From an uncultured Acidobacteriota bacterium (GTDB lineage Bacteria; Acidobacteriota; UBA6911), in the NCBI GenBank assembly GCA_963843575.1, contig CAWJKZ010000011.1:106341-170340 (forward strand): a stretch of 64,000 nt of DNA, written 5' to 3'. The notes beneath the pieces were generated by a model. It did not search any database. It saw nothing but the letters and a program-made list of their open reading frames with translations, and had not been told where the DNA came from. A program made the position numbers and the translations under genes. Positions 19,800 through 29,838 of the stretch are shown one piece after another. Each line of letters begins with the position of its first letter. Within the stretch, counting starts at the first letter, position 1.

Positions 19800-21917
19800 T
19801 TAAAAGAGGTTCGGGAGGTATTCCAGCTCATCGGAGAACGGCTTTGCGGCCCCCGAAGCGACCTCGTAGGCTGCCTCGTGACTTGCGATGGCCGCCGAGC
19901 CCAGCTCTTCGTAGGGACGGTTGCACACGTCGAGGAAGCCGATGTTGTAGTTCTCCCCGTCGAAGCGGCCCAGGGCGGACTCGTCGTAGAGCGTGAACCA
20001 GTGAGCCCCCACGCACACGGGATTCGCCGCGGCGTCCTCGAGATACACGCGGTACGCTTTCCCCCGATCCACCTGGTTCTTGAGATGCCCGATTCCCGAG
20101 GAGGGCAACCCCACGTCCAATGCGCCGAAGTGCCACTCGCCGATCATTATGGGCATTTTCAGCATCGCGTGGATTTCTTCGGTCTGGGCCCGCGGCACCT
20201 TCTTCTGATAACAGTTTATGCTGAAGACGTCAAAAGAGCGCATCCCCTCGACGGCCCAACGGGGCGGCACGCCCGCCCAGCGCATCCCGAGGTTGAGGTG
20301 GGCGGGATCGATCTTCCTGCAGGCCTCCGACAGGGCACGGAAGTAGGTATCCGCCATCCTCACGCTGAATTCCTGCAGGTCCGCCCTGGCTCCAGGCGTG
20401 AAGATGCCCTCCCATCGTCCCGACGCGACCCGCTGGAAGCTCGTCCTGACGCCCCATGCCGCCGACAGCTTCGCGGCGTCGCCGTGCTTCTTGCGCAACC
20501 AGTCCGCGAGTACCTTGCGGGCCGGGCAGTCCGGGGTGTTGTAGAGCATGCCCGCGGCCGGCAATTCCGAGGAGAAACCCCATTCGGGCTCGTTCATCAG
20601 GAAGTAACCGACAAATGCGGGGTCGTCCTTCGTGTCGGCAAGCTGGCCGGCATATTCCGCCACGTCCCGCGCGAAGGCGGGATGAAAAACATCGGGAAAA
20701 TCCCGATACACGTATGGCACCCTCGTTCCGCGAAAATCCAGCGGGCGGACGTAAGGGAAGCGGGCGTCGCGCGCAAAGTTCCACTCCGACCAGTTCCCGA
20801 CCGTGTTGAAGCGCAGCCGTTTCATCTGCGCCAACGCAATCCGGGCCCACTTGTCCCTCCAGCCCAAGGCGCCGAAAGCCCGGATGAAATTGGCCGCCAG
20901 GTAGTTGACGGACTTCTCGTTCCTGCGCCCCTCCCCGCGAAGCGGGCCGAAAATGTCGGCAAATTCAGCTCGGCCTTCCGGGAGCCAGGCCAGGGCCGTT
21001 TCCAGGCCCGCGTAGCTGGCCGCGGTATCGACCCGGACGCAGTCCAGGCCCGCGGACCAGAAGGCATAGCCGTCCGGATCGACGAGCCACCAGCGCCGCC
21101 CGTCGTTGTGCGTGCGGAAGAAGCCTGCGCCGTCGGTAAGCTTGCGCGCCTGCCATCCGCCCCACCGCGTGAACGAGGCGGGCCAGGCCAGCGTGGGCGC
21201 TTCCTCCAGTTGCGATTGAAGCCGCCCTTTCAGGGCGTTGATCGTGCGCGTCTTCCCAGGCCATTCGTGCAGCGTGCTCTGACCCAGCTCATCCAGGAGC
21301 ACCCCCCTGGTGAGAACCGGTTTATCGATCCGCGGCGCTTCTGTCTCGACGGCGGCAAACGGTGTCATACACCAGCGCGCCGCCTTGGGCCCTTTGCGCT
21401 GGACCACGAACTTCATGCGGTCCACCTTGGAGAGCTCGATGCGGTCTCCGCCGCAGCGCGGCTTCAGGAACGCACCTTCGCGTTCGATGCCCCAACGATT
21501 CTGGTCGACGAGGCTCAGCGGCATCCGCACCCGGAACGAACACTGATTCAGGCCGCCAAACTGGAATGTGAACCTGCGGCCATCGTCCCCTTCCTGGAGC
21601 CAGAGCTGAAACATGACCATGCTGTTGCCGTCGAGGAGCATGTCTGCGGTGAGATACTTCGAACGGGCCAACGCGCCGCGATCGAACCGGCATTGAAAGC
21701 CGTCGCCGGCGGACTGTGCCGTGAACCAGACGGCACCTTCCAGCGGAGCGCCGCCCGCCTCCCTGGTGATGCCGCCGATCATGGATTGGGGATCCAGACG
21801 AATGCCGCCAGGCGACGGCGGCCGCGAGCGCGCGGCCAGCGCGGCCCCCGCGGAGATCGCGGTCACCCAGAGAAACTCCCGTCGATCGAGCCGGCAAAAC
21901 GAGTGTTTTGAGCGCAT
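19800..21917 (-). CDS. TAT-exported TIM-barrel glycoside hydrolase (GH5/GH42-like)
   Basis: Leader RLDRREFLWVTAISAGAALAA; catalytic-type motifs FLMNEPEW and MIGEWHFGALD; 705 aa. Likely co-transcribed with the 18797-19752 gene. Confidence 0.65.
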   Translation of the reverse strand: MRSKHSFCRLDRREFLWVTAISAGAALAARSRPPSPGGIRLDPQSMIGGITREAGGAPLEGAVWFTAQSAGDGFQCRFDRGALARSKYLTADMLLDGNSMVMFQLWLQEGDDGRRFTFQFGGLNQCSFRVRMPLSLVDQNRWGIEREGAFLKPRCGGDRIELSKVDRMKFVVQRKGPKAARWCMTPFAAVETEAPRIDKPVLTRGVLLDELGQSTLHEWPGKTRTINALKGRLQSQLEEAPTLAWPASFTRWGGWQARKLTDGAGFFRTHNDGRRWWLVDPDGYAFWSAGLDCVRVDTAASYAGLETALAWLPEGRAEFADIFGPLRGEGRRNEKSVNYLAANFIRAFGALGWRDKWARIALAQMKRLRFNTVGNWSEWNFARDARFPYVRPLDFRGTRVPYVYRDFPDVFHPAFARDVAEYAGQLADTKDDPAFVGYFLMNEPEWGFSSELPAAGMLYNTPDCPARKVLADWLRKKHGDAAKLSAAWGVRTSFQRVASGRWEGIFTPGARADLQEFSVRMADTYFRALSEACRKIDPAHLNLGMRWAGVPPRWAVEGMRSFDVFSINCYQKKVPRAQTEEIHAMLKMPIMIGEWHFGALDVGLPSSGIGHLKNQVDRGKAYRVYLEDAAANPVCVGAHWFTLYDESALGRFDGENYNIGFLDVCNRPYEELGSAAIASHEAAYEVASGAAKPFSDELEYLPNLF

Positions 21918-21967
21918 CGCGTCCTCCCGCGGCCCCCATCATAATGCCGGAGTCAAGCGCCGGCGGT

Positions 21968-22010
21968 CTTTGATCTGCGTTGATCCGCGTCCATCCGCGT
22001 CCGAAAACGT
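21968..22010. repeat. ATCCGCG REP-like element
   Basis: TGATCTGCGTTGATCCGCGTCCATCCGCGTCCGAAAACG downstream of the GH gene. Confidence 0.6.
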
Positions 22011-22038
22011 CATCGTATTCATGTAATTGCTGGTGTAA

Positions 22039-23782
22039 GGTGGTTACGATGAGCTGGTCCGCCTCTCCACCCAGGGGTTTTCTGTTTCTGGTGCTTTTGC
22101 TGCTGCCTTGCTGCTTCGCCTTGACGCAGAAAAAGGAAAACCAGGAACCCGATTTCAAAGTCCCGGTCGACGTCATCGTCGTCAGTGCCGTTGTCACGGA
22201 TCGGGAGGGCGAGCCTGTGCTGGGCCTGGCGGTCGACGATTTCAAAGTATTCGAGGACGGCAAGCCGCAACCGATCCACACGTTTGCCCTCGAGTCCTAC
22301 AAAGCGACACAGTCGATCGATCGAAACGGCCAGAAGGCGCCCGTCGCCGCCGACAGGGAAGAAGCTTCGGAGCCGGCCCAGCCGCGGCTCTTCTCCATCG
22401 TGATCGACGACCTTTCCACGGAACGGGAGCTCTACTACCCGATCACCGAGGCGGTGCAGAAGTTCGTCGACGAGGACCTGCTGCCGGGCGACCAGGTTGC
22501 GATCCTCTCCGCGTCCGGGCGCATCCAGCATCCTTTCACAACCGACAGGCAGCTGCTCCGGGCGGAACTCGGGGAACTCAACAAGAAGCTCAACATGAGC
22601 TCTGTCACCAGGTCGACCTGTCCCATCCTTACGGATCTGCAGGCGCAGAGGATCGCCACCGGCCGGGCGGATCCGGACTCGCTTACCGTGGCGAAGGAGG
22701 AAGCAAAACGCTGCATGGGCGCGCTCGCCGATGCCGCCACCGACCCGGAAAGCGGCAGCCAACTGAAGTTGGGTCTGGCCCTGGATTCCTTCGTCCGCGG
22801 GGCGGCCGTAGGACAATACTATGAGATGCAGGACCGCAACCGCTCCCTGCTTCTCAACCTCCGGCAATACGTCCGGTCCCTGAGGCACTTCGAAGCGAGG
22901 AAGAACGTCGTCCTTTTCTCGGACGGGTTCCTCTTTGAAGAGCTCACTTACGAACTGCAGGACGTCGTCGACCAGGCCCTTAGGGCCGGGGTCGTCCTCA
23001 ACACGGTGGATGCCCGCGGCCTTTACGTCGACATGTTCAAAGCGAGCGACAATCTGAGCAACGTTCCGTGGGAGCTGCTCATCGCCAAAGACCGGTTGCG
23101 CTCGGCCGACACCCGGGAGGCTGCGCAACCCCTCAACATGCTGGCGCACGACACGGGCGGGATCTTCCACGAAAACAGCAACGACCTGCGCGCCGGGCTG
23201 CAGAAGGTCTCGGAGCGGCAGACCCACTTCTACGTCCTGACCTACGCGGCCCCCTCGTCGAGGGCCGACGGCCGCTACCACAAGATCAAGCTCGAGGTCG
23301 CGCGCCCCGGACTGAAGCTCTCGTATCGCCAGGGGTATTACGCCCCGAAGGAGCAGCTGACCTTCGAGAAGCGGAGAAAAGAAGACATTCTCGAGGCCCT
23401 CCACGCCCCCGGAAACGCCAACGAGATACCGATCCGTACCGGCTATGCATCCTACAAGGTCGATGATGTGCGTTACGAGGTCGAACTCGTGACCCAGGTC
23501 GACATCCGGCGCATGAAGTTCGTCGAGGAGGATTCGAGGCGCCGGAACCTGATCAGCGTCGTGGTTGTCGCCTTCGATGAATACGATCGCTATGTCGACG
23601 GCCTACAGAAGGATGTCACCTTCAACCTCACGCCCTCAGGCTACTCCGAGATCCTCGGCCGCGGCTTCGCGTCCAAGGTTGTGTTTCGGGTGCCTCCCGG
23701 CAGATACAAGATCAAGACCGTCGTTCGGGAAAGCGGGGACAGCAAGATAGGATCGCTGACCAAGGGCATCGAGGTCCCGTAG
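22039..23782 (+). CDS. VWFA-related Acidobacterial-domain protein (von Willebrand factor A family)
   Basis: RBS AAGGTGG; signal peptide MSWSASPPRGFLFLVLLLLPCC. N-terminal VxVxVxV..D..G.PV.GL...DF.V.EDGK.Q.I..F architecture typical of the acidobacterial VWFA family, followed by a VWA-like region. Confidence 0.8.
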
Positions 23783-23814
23783 GACGAGGCAGTCAGGAGT
23801 TGGCAGGAGGTCTT

Positions 23815-26265
23815 ATGTCGAACTCAACAATCCGGTTTTGGTTTGCCCGGCCTTTCTGGTGTGTGCTGACGGTTCTCGGGGTCGTTCTGTGCTCGTCGTG
23901 GACTCCCGGGGCATCCTCGCAGGGCGCACCCGCGCAGTCCGATCGCGTCAGCCTTCGGGTCGATGTGGAGCTGATCACGGTCGAGGTCATTGTCCTCGAC
24001 AAAAAGGGACGCCCCATACCGAACCTCAAGCAGGAGGATTTCCAGCTCTTCGAGGACGGAAAGCGGCAGGAGATCGTCACCTTCGCCGAAATCTCCGACG
24101 AGCAGAACCGGGAGGTTCCCACCAGCCTCGCGGACCTCGACGAGGGGGGGCCAAACCGGGGCAAGGTGGTGCTGATTCTCTTCGACGACAGCCACATCAC
24201 CAACGCGCAGCTCTATAACTCGAGGGAATCGGCCGAGAAGTACGTGAAAGAACAGATGCGGCCGAGGGACCTGTTCGCCGTCGCTTCTTACGGCATGTCC
24301 CTGAAGCTACTACAGAACTTCACGCACGACGCCGCCAAGGTGACGGAGGCCATTCGTCGGCCGACCACCTCCTTCGCCAACCAGGCTGCCGAAATGCGGG
24401 GTGGCGGTGCGATGATGCCCGGCCAGGAGTCGATGGGCCGAGGGTCGATGGACCGGGGATCCATGAACCGGTCGAGACCCGACGTGTCGAGCCCGGAGAT
24501 CCGGATGCGGGTCATGTCGTTTTTCCGGGCGCTCAACGTCCTCAGTTCCGCGGTCTCCCCGGTAAGAGGCCGGAAAGCCGTCATCATCTTCTCCGAGGAC
24601 TTCTCGGCAAGCTCCGAGATCCAGACCGAGTTGATGAACACGATAAACTCCGCGAAAAAGGCAAATGTTTCCTTCTACACCGTCGACGTGAGAGGGCTCA
24701 ATACCGGTCCGTCGGTCGGTATTCCCGACCAACGCGGCCGGTCCGGCGCCGACGCGTTGCGGACCGCGTTCTCCCCGGCGCGCTCCATCTTTAGTCGGCT
24801 CGGGTCCGGCATGGTCCTGCCGGGTGCGGGAACCGGGAGCCTCGCGGCATTCTCGTTCGGCCAGCAGGGAGGCGGCCAGACCGGAGGATCGGGCGGGTCC
24901 GGAGGGTCTGGCGGGTCCGGTGGATCTGGCGGGTCCGGTGGATCGGGGGGCTCCGGAGGCTCCGGGACGGGCGGGAGCGGCAGCGGCGGCACAACCCCTG
25001 GCGGGGGGTCCACGGGAGCGAATCCGGGCGGAAACGCCGGGAACAATCCCGGTACCAACACGAACCCCGTGTCGCCCAACTTCAACCCGAACAATGGCGG
25101 CCGGGACTTCAATCGGGAGCAGCAGGACTTCGCCCGATTCTCGCAGCAGACCATCGACAACATGTTGAGGAGCCTGGCGGGCCAGACCGGCGGGGTGGCG
25201 ATATACAACACCAGCGATTTCAACGGGCGGCTCAACGAGGTCACCCGGGAGCTGAACAACTACTACGTTCTCGGATTTCAGTCGAGCAACCCGAAGCGGG
25301 ACGGCGCGTTCCGCAAGCTCAAGGTCAAAACCGAGGTGAAAGCGGAAGTGCGGCACCGGGACGGTTACGTCGACCCGCGTCCCCTTGACGTGCTCGCCGG
25401 GTCCAAAGGGGAAAAGTCGATGCTGAGCGCGATTGCGTCGCCTGCCCTCGCCGTCACGCTTCCGGTAACATTCAGCGCCGCCTACTTCTATGACTCGCCG
25501 GCATTGGCCCGGATACCGGTTACCGCCAGGATCGCCACCTCGGCCCTCGAGCTCAAGAAAAAGGGAGGGCAGCTCGTGGGCGATCTCAACGTGATGGGCG
25601 TCGCCTACGGCGAGGACGGCGGCATCTCGGCCCGCTTCAGCGAGACGCTGCACGTAGCCATAGACAAGGACAACGAGCCCGCCTTCCGTCAGAGACCCCT
25701 CGATTACCGAAACTACTTCAAGCTGCGGCCGGGAAAGTACCAGCTCAAGATCGCGACCGCGGACGAGAAGGGTAAGGTCGGTTCGGCGGAGCAGGCGCTC
25801 GTCGTCCCACCCTCGAACCCGGGCGAATTGGCGGCGAGCAGCCTGGTGCTTGTGCAGCAGGTCGCGCAACTTCCGGCACTGATCCAGGATCTGCAGGTCA
25901 AACTGCTGGATGACAGCGATCCCCTGATCTACAAAGGGGTGCAGATCACCCCCGCGGCGGAGAGCCAGGTGCCCGTGGGGAGTCCCATCAACATCGTCTT
26001 CAAGCTCTACAACCTGAGCGACAACGCGCAGGAACGGAAGCTGACGGCCGAGGCCCGCCTGACCGATGAGAAGGGCTCAATCCACACCCTGCCGCCGATA
26101 CCTCTGGAACCTTACCTGTATCCGACCGGGAAAACCGAGGCCATGGTCGGCCTCCGCCTGACCTTCGCGGAGGCGCTTGCCGGAACATACAAACTGGAGA
26201 TCGCGACTTCAGAGGGCACGTCCAGCCGCTCCATCTCCCTCCACACCACCCTCCTGTACAAATAG
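23815..26265 (+). CDS. VWFA-related Acidobacterial-domain protein with Gly/Ser-rich linker (paralogue)
   Basis: RBS GGCAGGAGG. Same N-terminal module (VDVELITVEVIVLDKKGRPIPNLKQEDFQLFEDGKRQEIVTF). Internal low-complexity linker (GGS)n..GTGGSGSGG..PGGNAGNNPGTNTNP at ~24870-25110, encoded by a 9-bp-period DNA repeat. Confidence 0.8.
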   Translation: MSNSTIRFWFARPFWCVLTVLGVVLCSSWTPGASSQGAPAQSDRVSLRVDVELITVEVIVLDKKGRPIPNLKQEDFQLFEDGKRQEIVTFAEISDEQNREVPTSLADLDEGGPNRGKVVLILFDDSHITNAQLYNSRESAEKYVKEQMRPRDLFAVASYGMSLKLLQNFTHDAAKVTEAIRRPTTSFANQAAEMRGGGAMMPGQESMGRGSMDRGSMNRSRPDVSSPEIRMRVMSFFRALNVLSSAVSPVRGRKAVIIFSEDFSASSEIQTELMNTINSAKKANVSFYTVDVRGLNTGPSVGIPDQRGRSGADALRTAFSPARSIFSRLGSGMVLPGAGTGSLAAFSFGQQGGGQTGGSGGSGGSGGSGGSGGSGGSGGSGGSGTGGSGSGGTTPGGGSTGANPGGNAGNNPGTNTNPVSPNFNPNNGGRDFNREQQDFARFSQQTIDNMLRSLAGQTGGVAIYNTSDFNGRLNEVTRELNNYYVLGFQSSNPKRDGAFRKLKVKTEVKAEVRHRDGYVDPRPLDVLAGSKGEKSMLSAIASPALAVTLPVTFSAAYFYDSPALARIPVTARIATSALELKKKGGQLVGDLNVMGVAYGEDGGISARFSETLHVAIDKDNEPAFRQRPLDYRNYFKLRPGKYQLKIATADEKGKVGSAEQALVVPPSNPGELAASSLVLVQQVAQLPALIQDLQVKLLDDSDPLIYKGVQITPAAESQVPVGSPINIVFKLYNLSDNAQERKLTAEARLTDEKGSIHTLPPIPLEPYLYPTGKTEAMVGLRLTFAEALAGTYKLEIATSEGTSSRSISLHTTLLYK

Positions 26266-26370
26266 GGGACGGACCAGGAGAAGCGCTTTATTGTCAATTG
26301 TTTATAGATAATTCAGGCTCCAAATTGGCCCTTATTTGAGGTTTTTGGGCCTGTTTTTCTCAATTAAGCC
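26265..26370 (+). repeat. Novel ~108-bp element, copy A (head GGGGACGGACC, tail hairpin)
   Basis: Starts on the stop codon of the VWA gene; tail CTTATTTGAG-GTTTTTGGGCCTGTTTTTCT-CAATTAAG. Confidence 0.7.
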
Positions 26371-26400
26371 ACCAGGCAGTGGCACCGGCGGTGATTCGTT

Positions 26401-26507
26401 GCCTTATCTTAAAAAAAGAGGCCCAAAAATCCGAAATAAGGCTCTCTTTTCGCAGGAATATTCTCGTAAAGAGTTACAATAGTTAGCTTTGTTTAGGTCC
26501 GTCCCCT
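26401..26507 (-). repeat. Novel ~108-bp element, copy D (inverted)
   Basis: Reverse complement: GGGGACGGACC...GCCTTATTTCGGATTTTTGGGCCTCTTTTTTTAAGATAAGGC. Confidence 0.7.
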
Positions 26508-26555
26508 TTTTGAGATTTTCTGGGGTGTTTTTTGTCAATTAAGGTGCTGGGATTT
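26508..26555 (+). repeat. Tail-only fragment of the element
   Basis: TTTTTGAGATTTTCTGGGGTGTTTTTTGTCAATTAAGGTGCTGG resembles the tail of copy A. Confidence 0.5.
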
Positions 26556-26573
26556 GGCGAAGGTCGGTGACGT

Positions 26574-26681
26574 GGTGCTTATTTCAAGAAAATGAGGCCG
26601 AAAATTCAAAATAAGGCACTATTTTGGCCCAAAAAAAGTCGTAAGCTATTGAAAGCTATATGTTTGCTTTGGTCCGTCCCC
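26574..26681 (-). repeat. Novel ~108-bp element, copy E (inverted)
   Basis: Reverse complement: GGGGACGGACC...GTGCCTTATTTTGAATTTTCGGCCTCATTTTCTTGAAATAAGCACC; its head abuts ATG 26682. Confidence 0.7.
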
Positions 26682-27419
26682 ATGGCGTTGGGGCAGCAGG
26701 CGGATCAGGGCAGTTTTGGGTCTAAGTTTTTCGATCAGCTGCAGGCCATTTTCGGCCGGTTCCAGAATTCCGAACTCGACCGGGTCTTCGCACAGTCCAG
26801 GCCGATTCAGTGCTCCGAACTCGTCGCAGGCAAGGGAGAGTGGCGCCCGGTTGCCTTCTTCAATGAAAACCGCAAACTGGGGGACTGGTGCAAGGAGAGC
26901 CTGGAGGAAGTGAAAGCCGACCTGGCCGTGTACACCTTCAAGGGGGAGTGCAGCGGGGAGCAGGGGACCGTGCAACTGAGCACGGAGTTCCCGACCACCG
27001 CAGGAATTGAGGAATACAACCAGCAGAGAATCGACCTCGGCAAGGTCGACGTCACCGTTAACGACCCGGTCCCGGTCGTTTTCAACTCCAGGACATCAAC
27101 CTACACGTTCAATCTCCCCTACCTCTTTAAGTCCGGCCAAGAGGGGAGCATGAATCTCTACAGCTTCGCTGCGCCGGATAGAAACGCGGCCTATGCCAGA
27201 GAGGTGACAAGCCGGTGGGAATGCAAGGCAGTCTCCTCGAGCGACGTGACCTATCGATTTCTGATCTGCCGGGCCAACACGGTCCCGCGCAGCACTATCC
27301 GGAAGAACGAACGGTGGGAGCCATCCTTCGGGGCATCCGCCTATTTCATCCTCTCCGACGGCACGGAGGCTCAGACGAGCGTGAAACTGTCGTTTGAAGA
27401 CGCCGACACCCCGAAATGA
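26682..27419 (+). CDS. Hypothetical protein
   Basis: 245-aa ORF from MALGQQADQG; the longer ORF from 26592 would read through repeat E. No recognisable domain, and the start is uncertain. Confidence 0.4.
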   Translation: MALGQQADQGSFGSKFFDQLQAIFGRFQNSELDRVFAQSRPIQCSELVAGKGEWRPVAFFNENRKLGDWCKESLEEVKADLAVYTFKGECSGEQGTVQLSTEFPTTAGIEEYNQQRIDLGKVDVTVNDPVPVVFNSRTSTYTFNLPYLFKSGQEGSMNLYSFAAPDRNAAYAREVTSRWECKAVSSSDVTYRFLICRANTVPRSTIRKNERWEPSFGASAYFILSDGTEAQTSVKLSFEDADTPK

Positions 27420-27518
27420 AGTAATCCTCGCATCACCCTGGCCGAAAAAAAACGCAAGAGCCTTGCCTGCGCGCGTCTCTCTACTGAAACAGCTGATCCC
27501 TGAAACAGGAGGTAGAAA

Positions 27519-28304
27519 ATGAGAGTCGCCCTGATCCTCGGAATGTCTCTGTTGACGATTGGCTATGTGGCCGCGCACGGCCCTCAGCCCGGGGTGGAGG
27601 TCCTGGTCGATGGTAACCCGGTGCCGAATTATTTCCACCGGGGCACAACCTACCTGGAAGCCGCAAAAGGAAAGGAATACGCGATACGCATCACGAATCC
27701 GATCGGAACCCGGGTCGCCGTGGCCCTCTCGGTGGACGGATTGAACACGATCGATGCGCGTCACACCGAGGCCCGGCTGGGCCGCAAGTGGGTCCTGGCG
27801 CCTTACGAATCCATCGTTATCAGCGGGTGGCAGACAAACGCAAAGCAGGCCAGGCGTTTCTTCTTCACGAACGAGGAGCGGTCCTACGGCGCGTGGCTGG
27901 GTCAGACGGAGGATCTCGGGGTCATCAGCGCGGCCTTTTTCCGTGAAAGAACCCAGCGGTTCTATGCCCAGGATGGTTCCCTCTCGGCGCCGGAAGAACC
28001 GGCGCGGAAGGATTCCGGGACCGCCGCCCCCGCGCGGGCCAAACAGAACGAGTCCGGCGTTGCCGCACCGGCGGACGAGGCCGGTTACGCCGCTACCGGG
28101 ATCGGGCAACGCGTGGACCATGAGGTCCGGCAGGTCCACATGGACCTCGAGGACAAGCCCTTTGCCCTGGTCAATCTCCGCTACGAGTTCAGGCCTGCTC
28201 TGGTCAGGCTCGGCGTTGTTCCGCCGCCGAGCATCGATGATCCGCTGGCTCGTCGTGAAAGGGCCAAAGGATTTCGCGGGACCGGCTTCTGTCCTGAACC
28301 GTAA
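27519..28304 (+). CDS. Hypothetical secreted protein
   Basis: RBS AGGAGGTAGAAAATG; signal peptide MRVALILGMSLLTIGYVAAHG; 261 aa; no known domain. Confidence 0.6.
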   Translation: MRVALILGMSLLTIGYVAAHGPQPGVEVLVDGNPVPNYFHRGTTYLEAAKGKEYAIRITNPIGTRVAVALSVDGLNTIDARHTEARLGRKWVLAPYESIVISGWQTNAKQARRFFFTNEERSYGAWLGQTEDLGVISAAFFRERTQRFYAQDGSLSAPEEPARKDSGTAAPARAKQNESGVAAPADEAGYAATGIGQRVDHEVRQVHMDLEDKPFALVNLRYEFRPALVRLGVVPPPSIDDPLARRERAKGFRGTGFCPEP

Positions 28305-28370
28305 TTGGTCGTTTCCGGGCGGCTTCTCCCGAATCCGGGCCTGAGATCGACGGCTAGATGCTGGACGCGT

Positions 28371-29321
28371 CTACGGCCCTCTATCTTCTCGCCCTCTGGT
28401 TCCGGTTTCGAGGATGGCTCCTCGGCCCTGGAACGCGCAGCCCAGCAGGGGGGCGTCCTCGCCGAGAGTGCTGCGGACGATGCGCACGCCCGAGCTGACG
28501 GAGTGAAACGAGTAGCGGGGCAGGATGCGGCGGGCCGGCTCGAGCAGCAGGTCGCCGGCCTTCGCCACGCTTCCGCCGACGACGTAGAGGTCGATGTTGA
28601 GGATCATCGCCATGGTCGCGACGGCCAGGCCCAGCGCTTCCCCGGCTTCCCGCAGCACCTGCCGGGCGCGCTCGTCGCCTTCCCGTGCCAGCTGCGTGAT
28701 GTGTTCGCCCGACAACGCCCGGCCGGTTTCCCGGTAGCGCCGCTCCAGTCCCGGCCCGCCCAGGTACGTCTCAACGCAGCCCCGGGAACCGCAGGGGCAG
28801 GGTGCGCCGGAGCGATCGAGCGTGATGTGGCCGACTTCCCCGGCGAGGTCCCGCACCCCGCGAAAGACCTGCCCATCGACCACGATGGCCGCGCCGACGC
28901 CGGTCCCCGCGACGATGTAGACCAGCGCGGGAGCGCCGTGCCCGGCCCCGTAGTAGAATTCCCCCAGGGCCGCCGATTTTGCGTCGTGGTCGAGGCTGAC
29001 GGGCAGGCGGAGGCGGTCGGCCAGCATCTGGCGCAGCGGGGTGTTGTGCAGCCCCTGGAGTTCGTGGGGTTCCAGCACCGTGCCCGCGGCGTGATCGACG
29101 GGCCCGGGCGCGCATATGCCGAGCGCGCTGACCCGCTCGCCGCCGGGAAGTTCCGTCTCGAGCTCCGCCACGCAGAGGGCGATCCGTTCAACCACGGACT
29201 CCGCGCCCAGGTGCGCGTCGGTGGAGAGGCGCCGCCGCGCCACGATGCGGTTTTCCGGATCGATCAGCCCGAGCGCAGTCTTGGTGCGCCCCAGGTCGAC
29301 GCCGACGACCCAGCTGCTCAT
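28371..29321 (-). CDS. ROK family sugar kinase (glucokinase-like)
   Basis: MSSWVVGVDLGRTKTALGL N-terminal ATPase motif; ROK zinc motif CPCGSRGCVETY; GxGxGxA motifs. Confidence 0.85.
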   Translation of the reverse strand: MSSWVVGVDLGRTKTALGLIDPENRIVARRRLSTDAHLGAESVVERIALCVAELETELPGGERVSALGICAPGPVDHAAGTVLEPHELQGLHNTPLRQMLADRLRLPVSLDHDAKSAALGEFYYGAGHGAPALVYIVAGTGVGAAIVVDGQVFRGVRDLAGEVGHITLDRSGAPCPCGSRGCVETYLGGPGLERRYRETGRALSGEHITQLAREGDERARQVLREAGEALGLAVATMAMILNIDLYVVGGSVAKAGDLLLEPARRILPRYSFHSVSSGVRIVRSTLGEDAPLLGCAFQGRGAILETGTRGREDRGP

Positions 29322-29348
29322 AGAGTTCCCCATCCCCGGCCGGCAGCG

Positions 29349-29759
29349 TCAGCGCGCGAAGGCGTCGGCGCCGAGCCGGGCGAGGACCATGTCCTCCCTC
29401 TCGGGGAGCCCGCTCACCCCGACGGCGCCGATCACCTGGCCCTCGAAAACGATCGGGACGCCGCCGCCCCATGCGGTGTAGCGCAGGTCGCCGTAGTTGG
29501 TCATCGGGTACCTGTCCGCGCGCCACGTGTCGCCGATTGCCGCCGTCTCCTTCTGTTCGCGCGCGGCCGTGAACGCCTTGTTGATCGCGACCGTGATCGA
29601 CGGCAGGCGGCACCCGTCGGTGCGCAGGAACGCGAGCAGTTCGCCCTGGGCGTCGGCCACGGCGATCGCCGCGCCCTTGCCGGCCCGCTCGAGCTCGTCC
29701 CGGATGGCCTCGACGATGCGCTGCGCGTCGCTGTGGGAAAGATGATTGCGCTGGTACAT
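29349..29759 (-). CDS. GlcG/HbpS-like heme-binding protein (DUF336)
   Basis: MYQRNHLSHSDAQRIVEAI...GGGVPIVFEGQVIGAVGVSG, characteristic of DUF336. Confidence 0.75.
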   Translation of the reverse strand: MYQRNHLSHSDAQRIVEAIRDELERAGKGAAIAVADAQGELLAFLRTDGCRLPSITVAINKAFTAAREQKETAAIGDTWRADRYPMTNYGDLRYTAWGGGVPIVFEGQVIGAVGVSGLPEREDMVLARLGADAFAR

Positions 29760-29838
29760 GCTCACCCCCTCGGTTGACTTGCCTTGCGGATCCGCCTGCG
29801 GCCCCATGGCAGGGCTTTTCCGGGGAAGAACGACCCGC

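Noticed and set aside
19878-21911. 677-aa plus-strand ORF opposite the GH5/42-like hydrolase
   Set aside because: Antisense shadow; no motifs.
24860-24980. 9-bp-period tandem DNA repeat (GGATCNGGNGGGTCC...) that could be mistaken for a CRISPR or VNTR array
   Set aside because: Lies in frame within the VWA gene and encodes a (GGS)n linker; no spacers or leader; not CRISPR.
22019-25869. Minus-strand ORFs 22019-23404 and 24310-25869 opposite the two VWA genes
   Set aside because: Antisense shadows.
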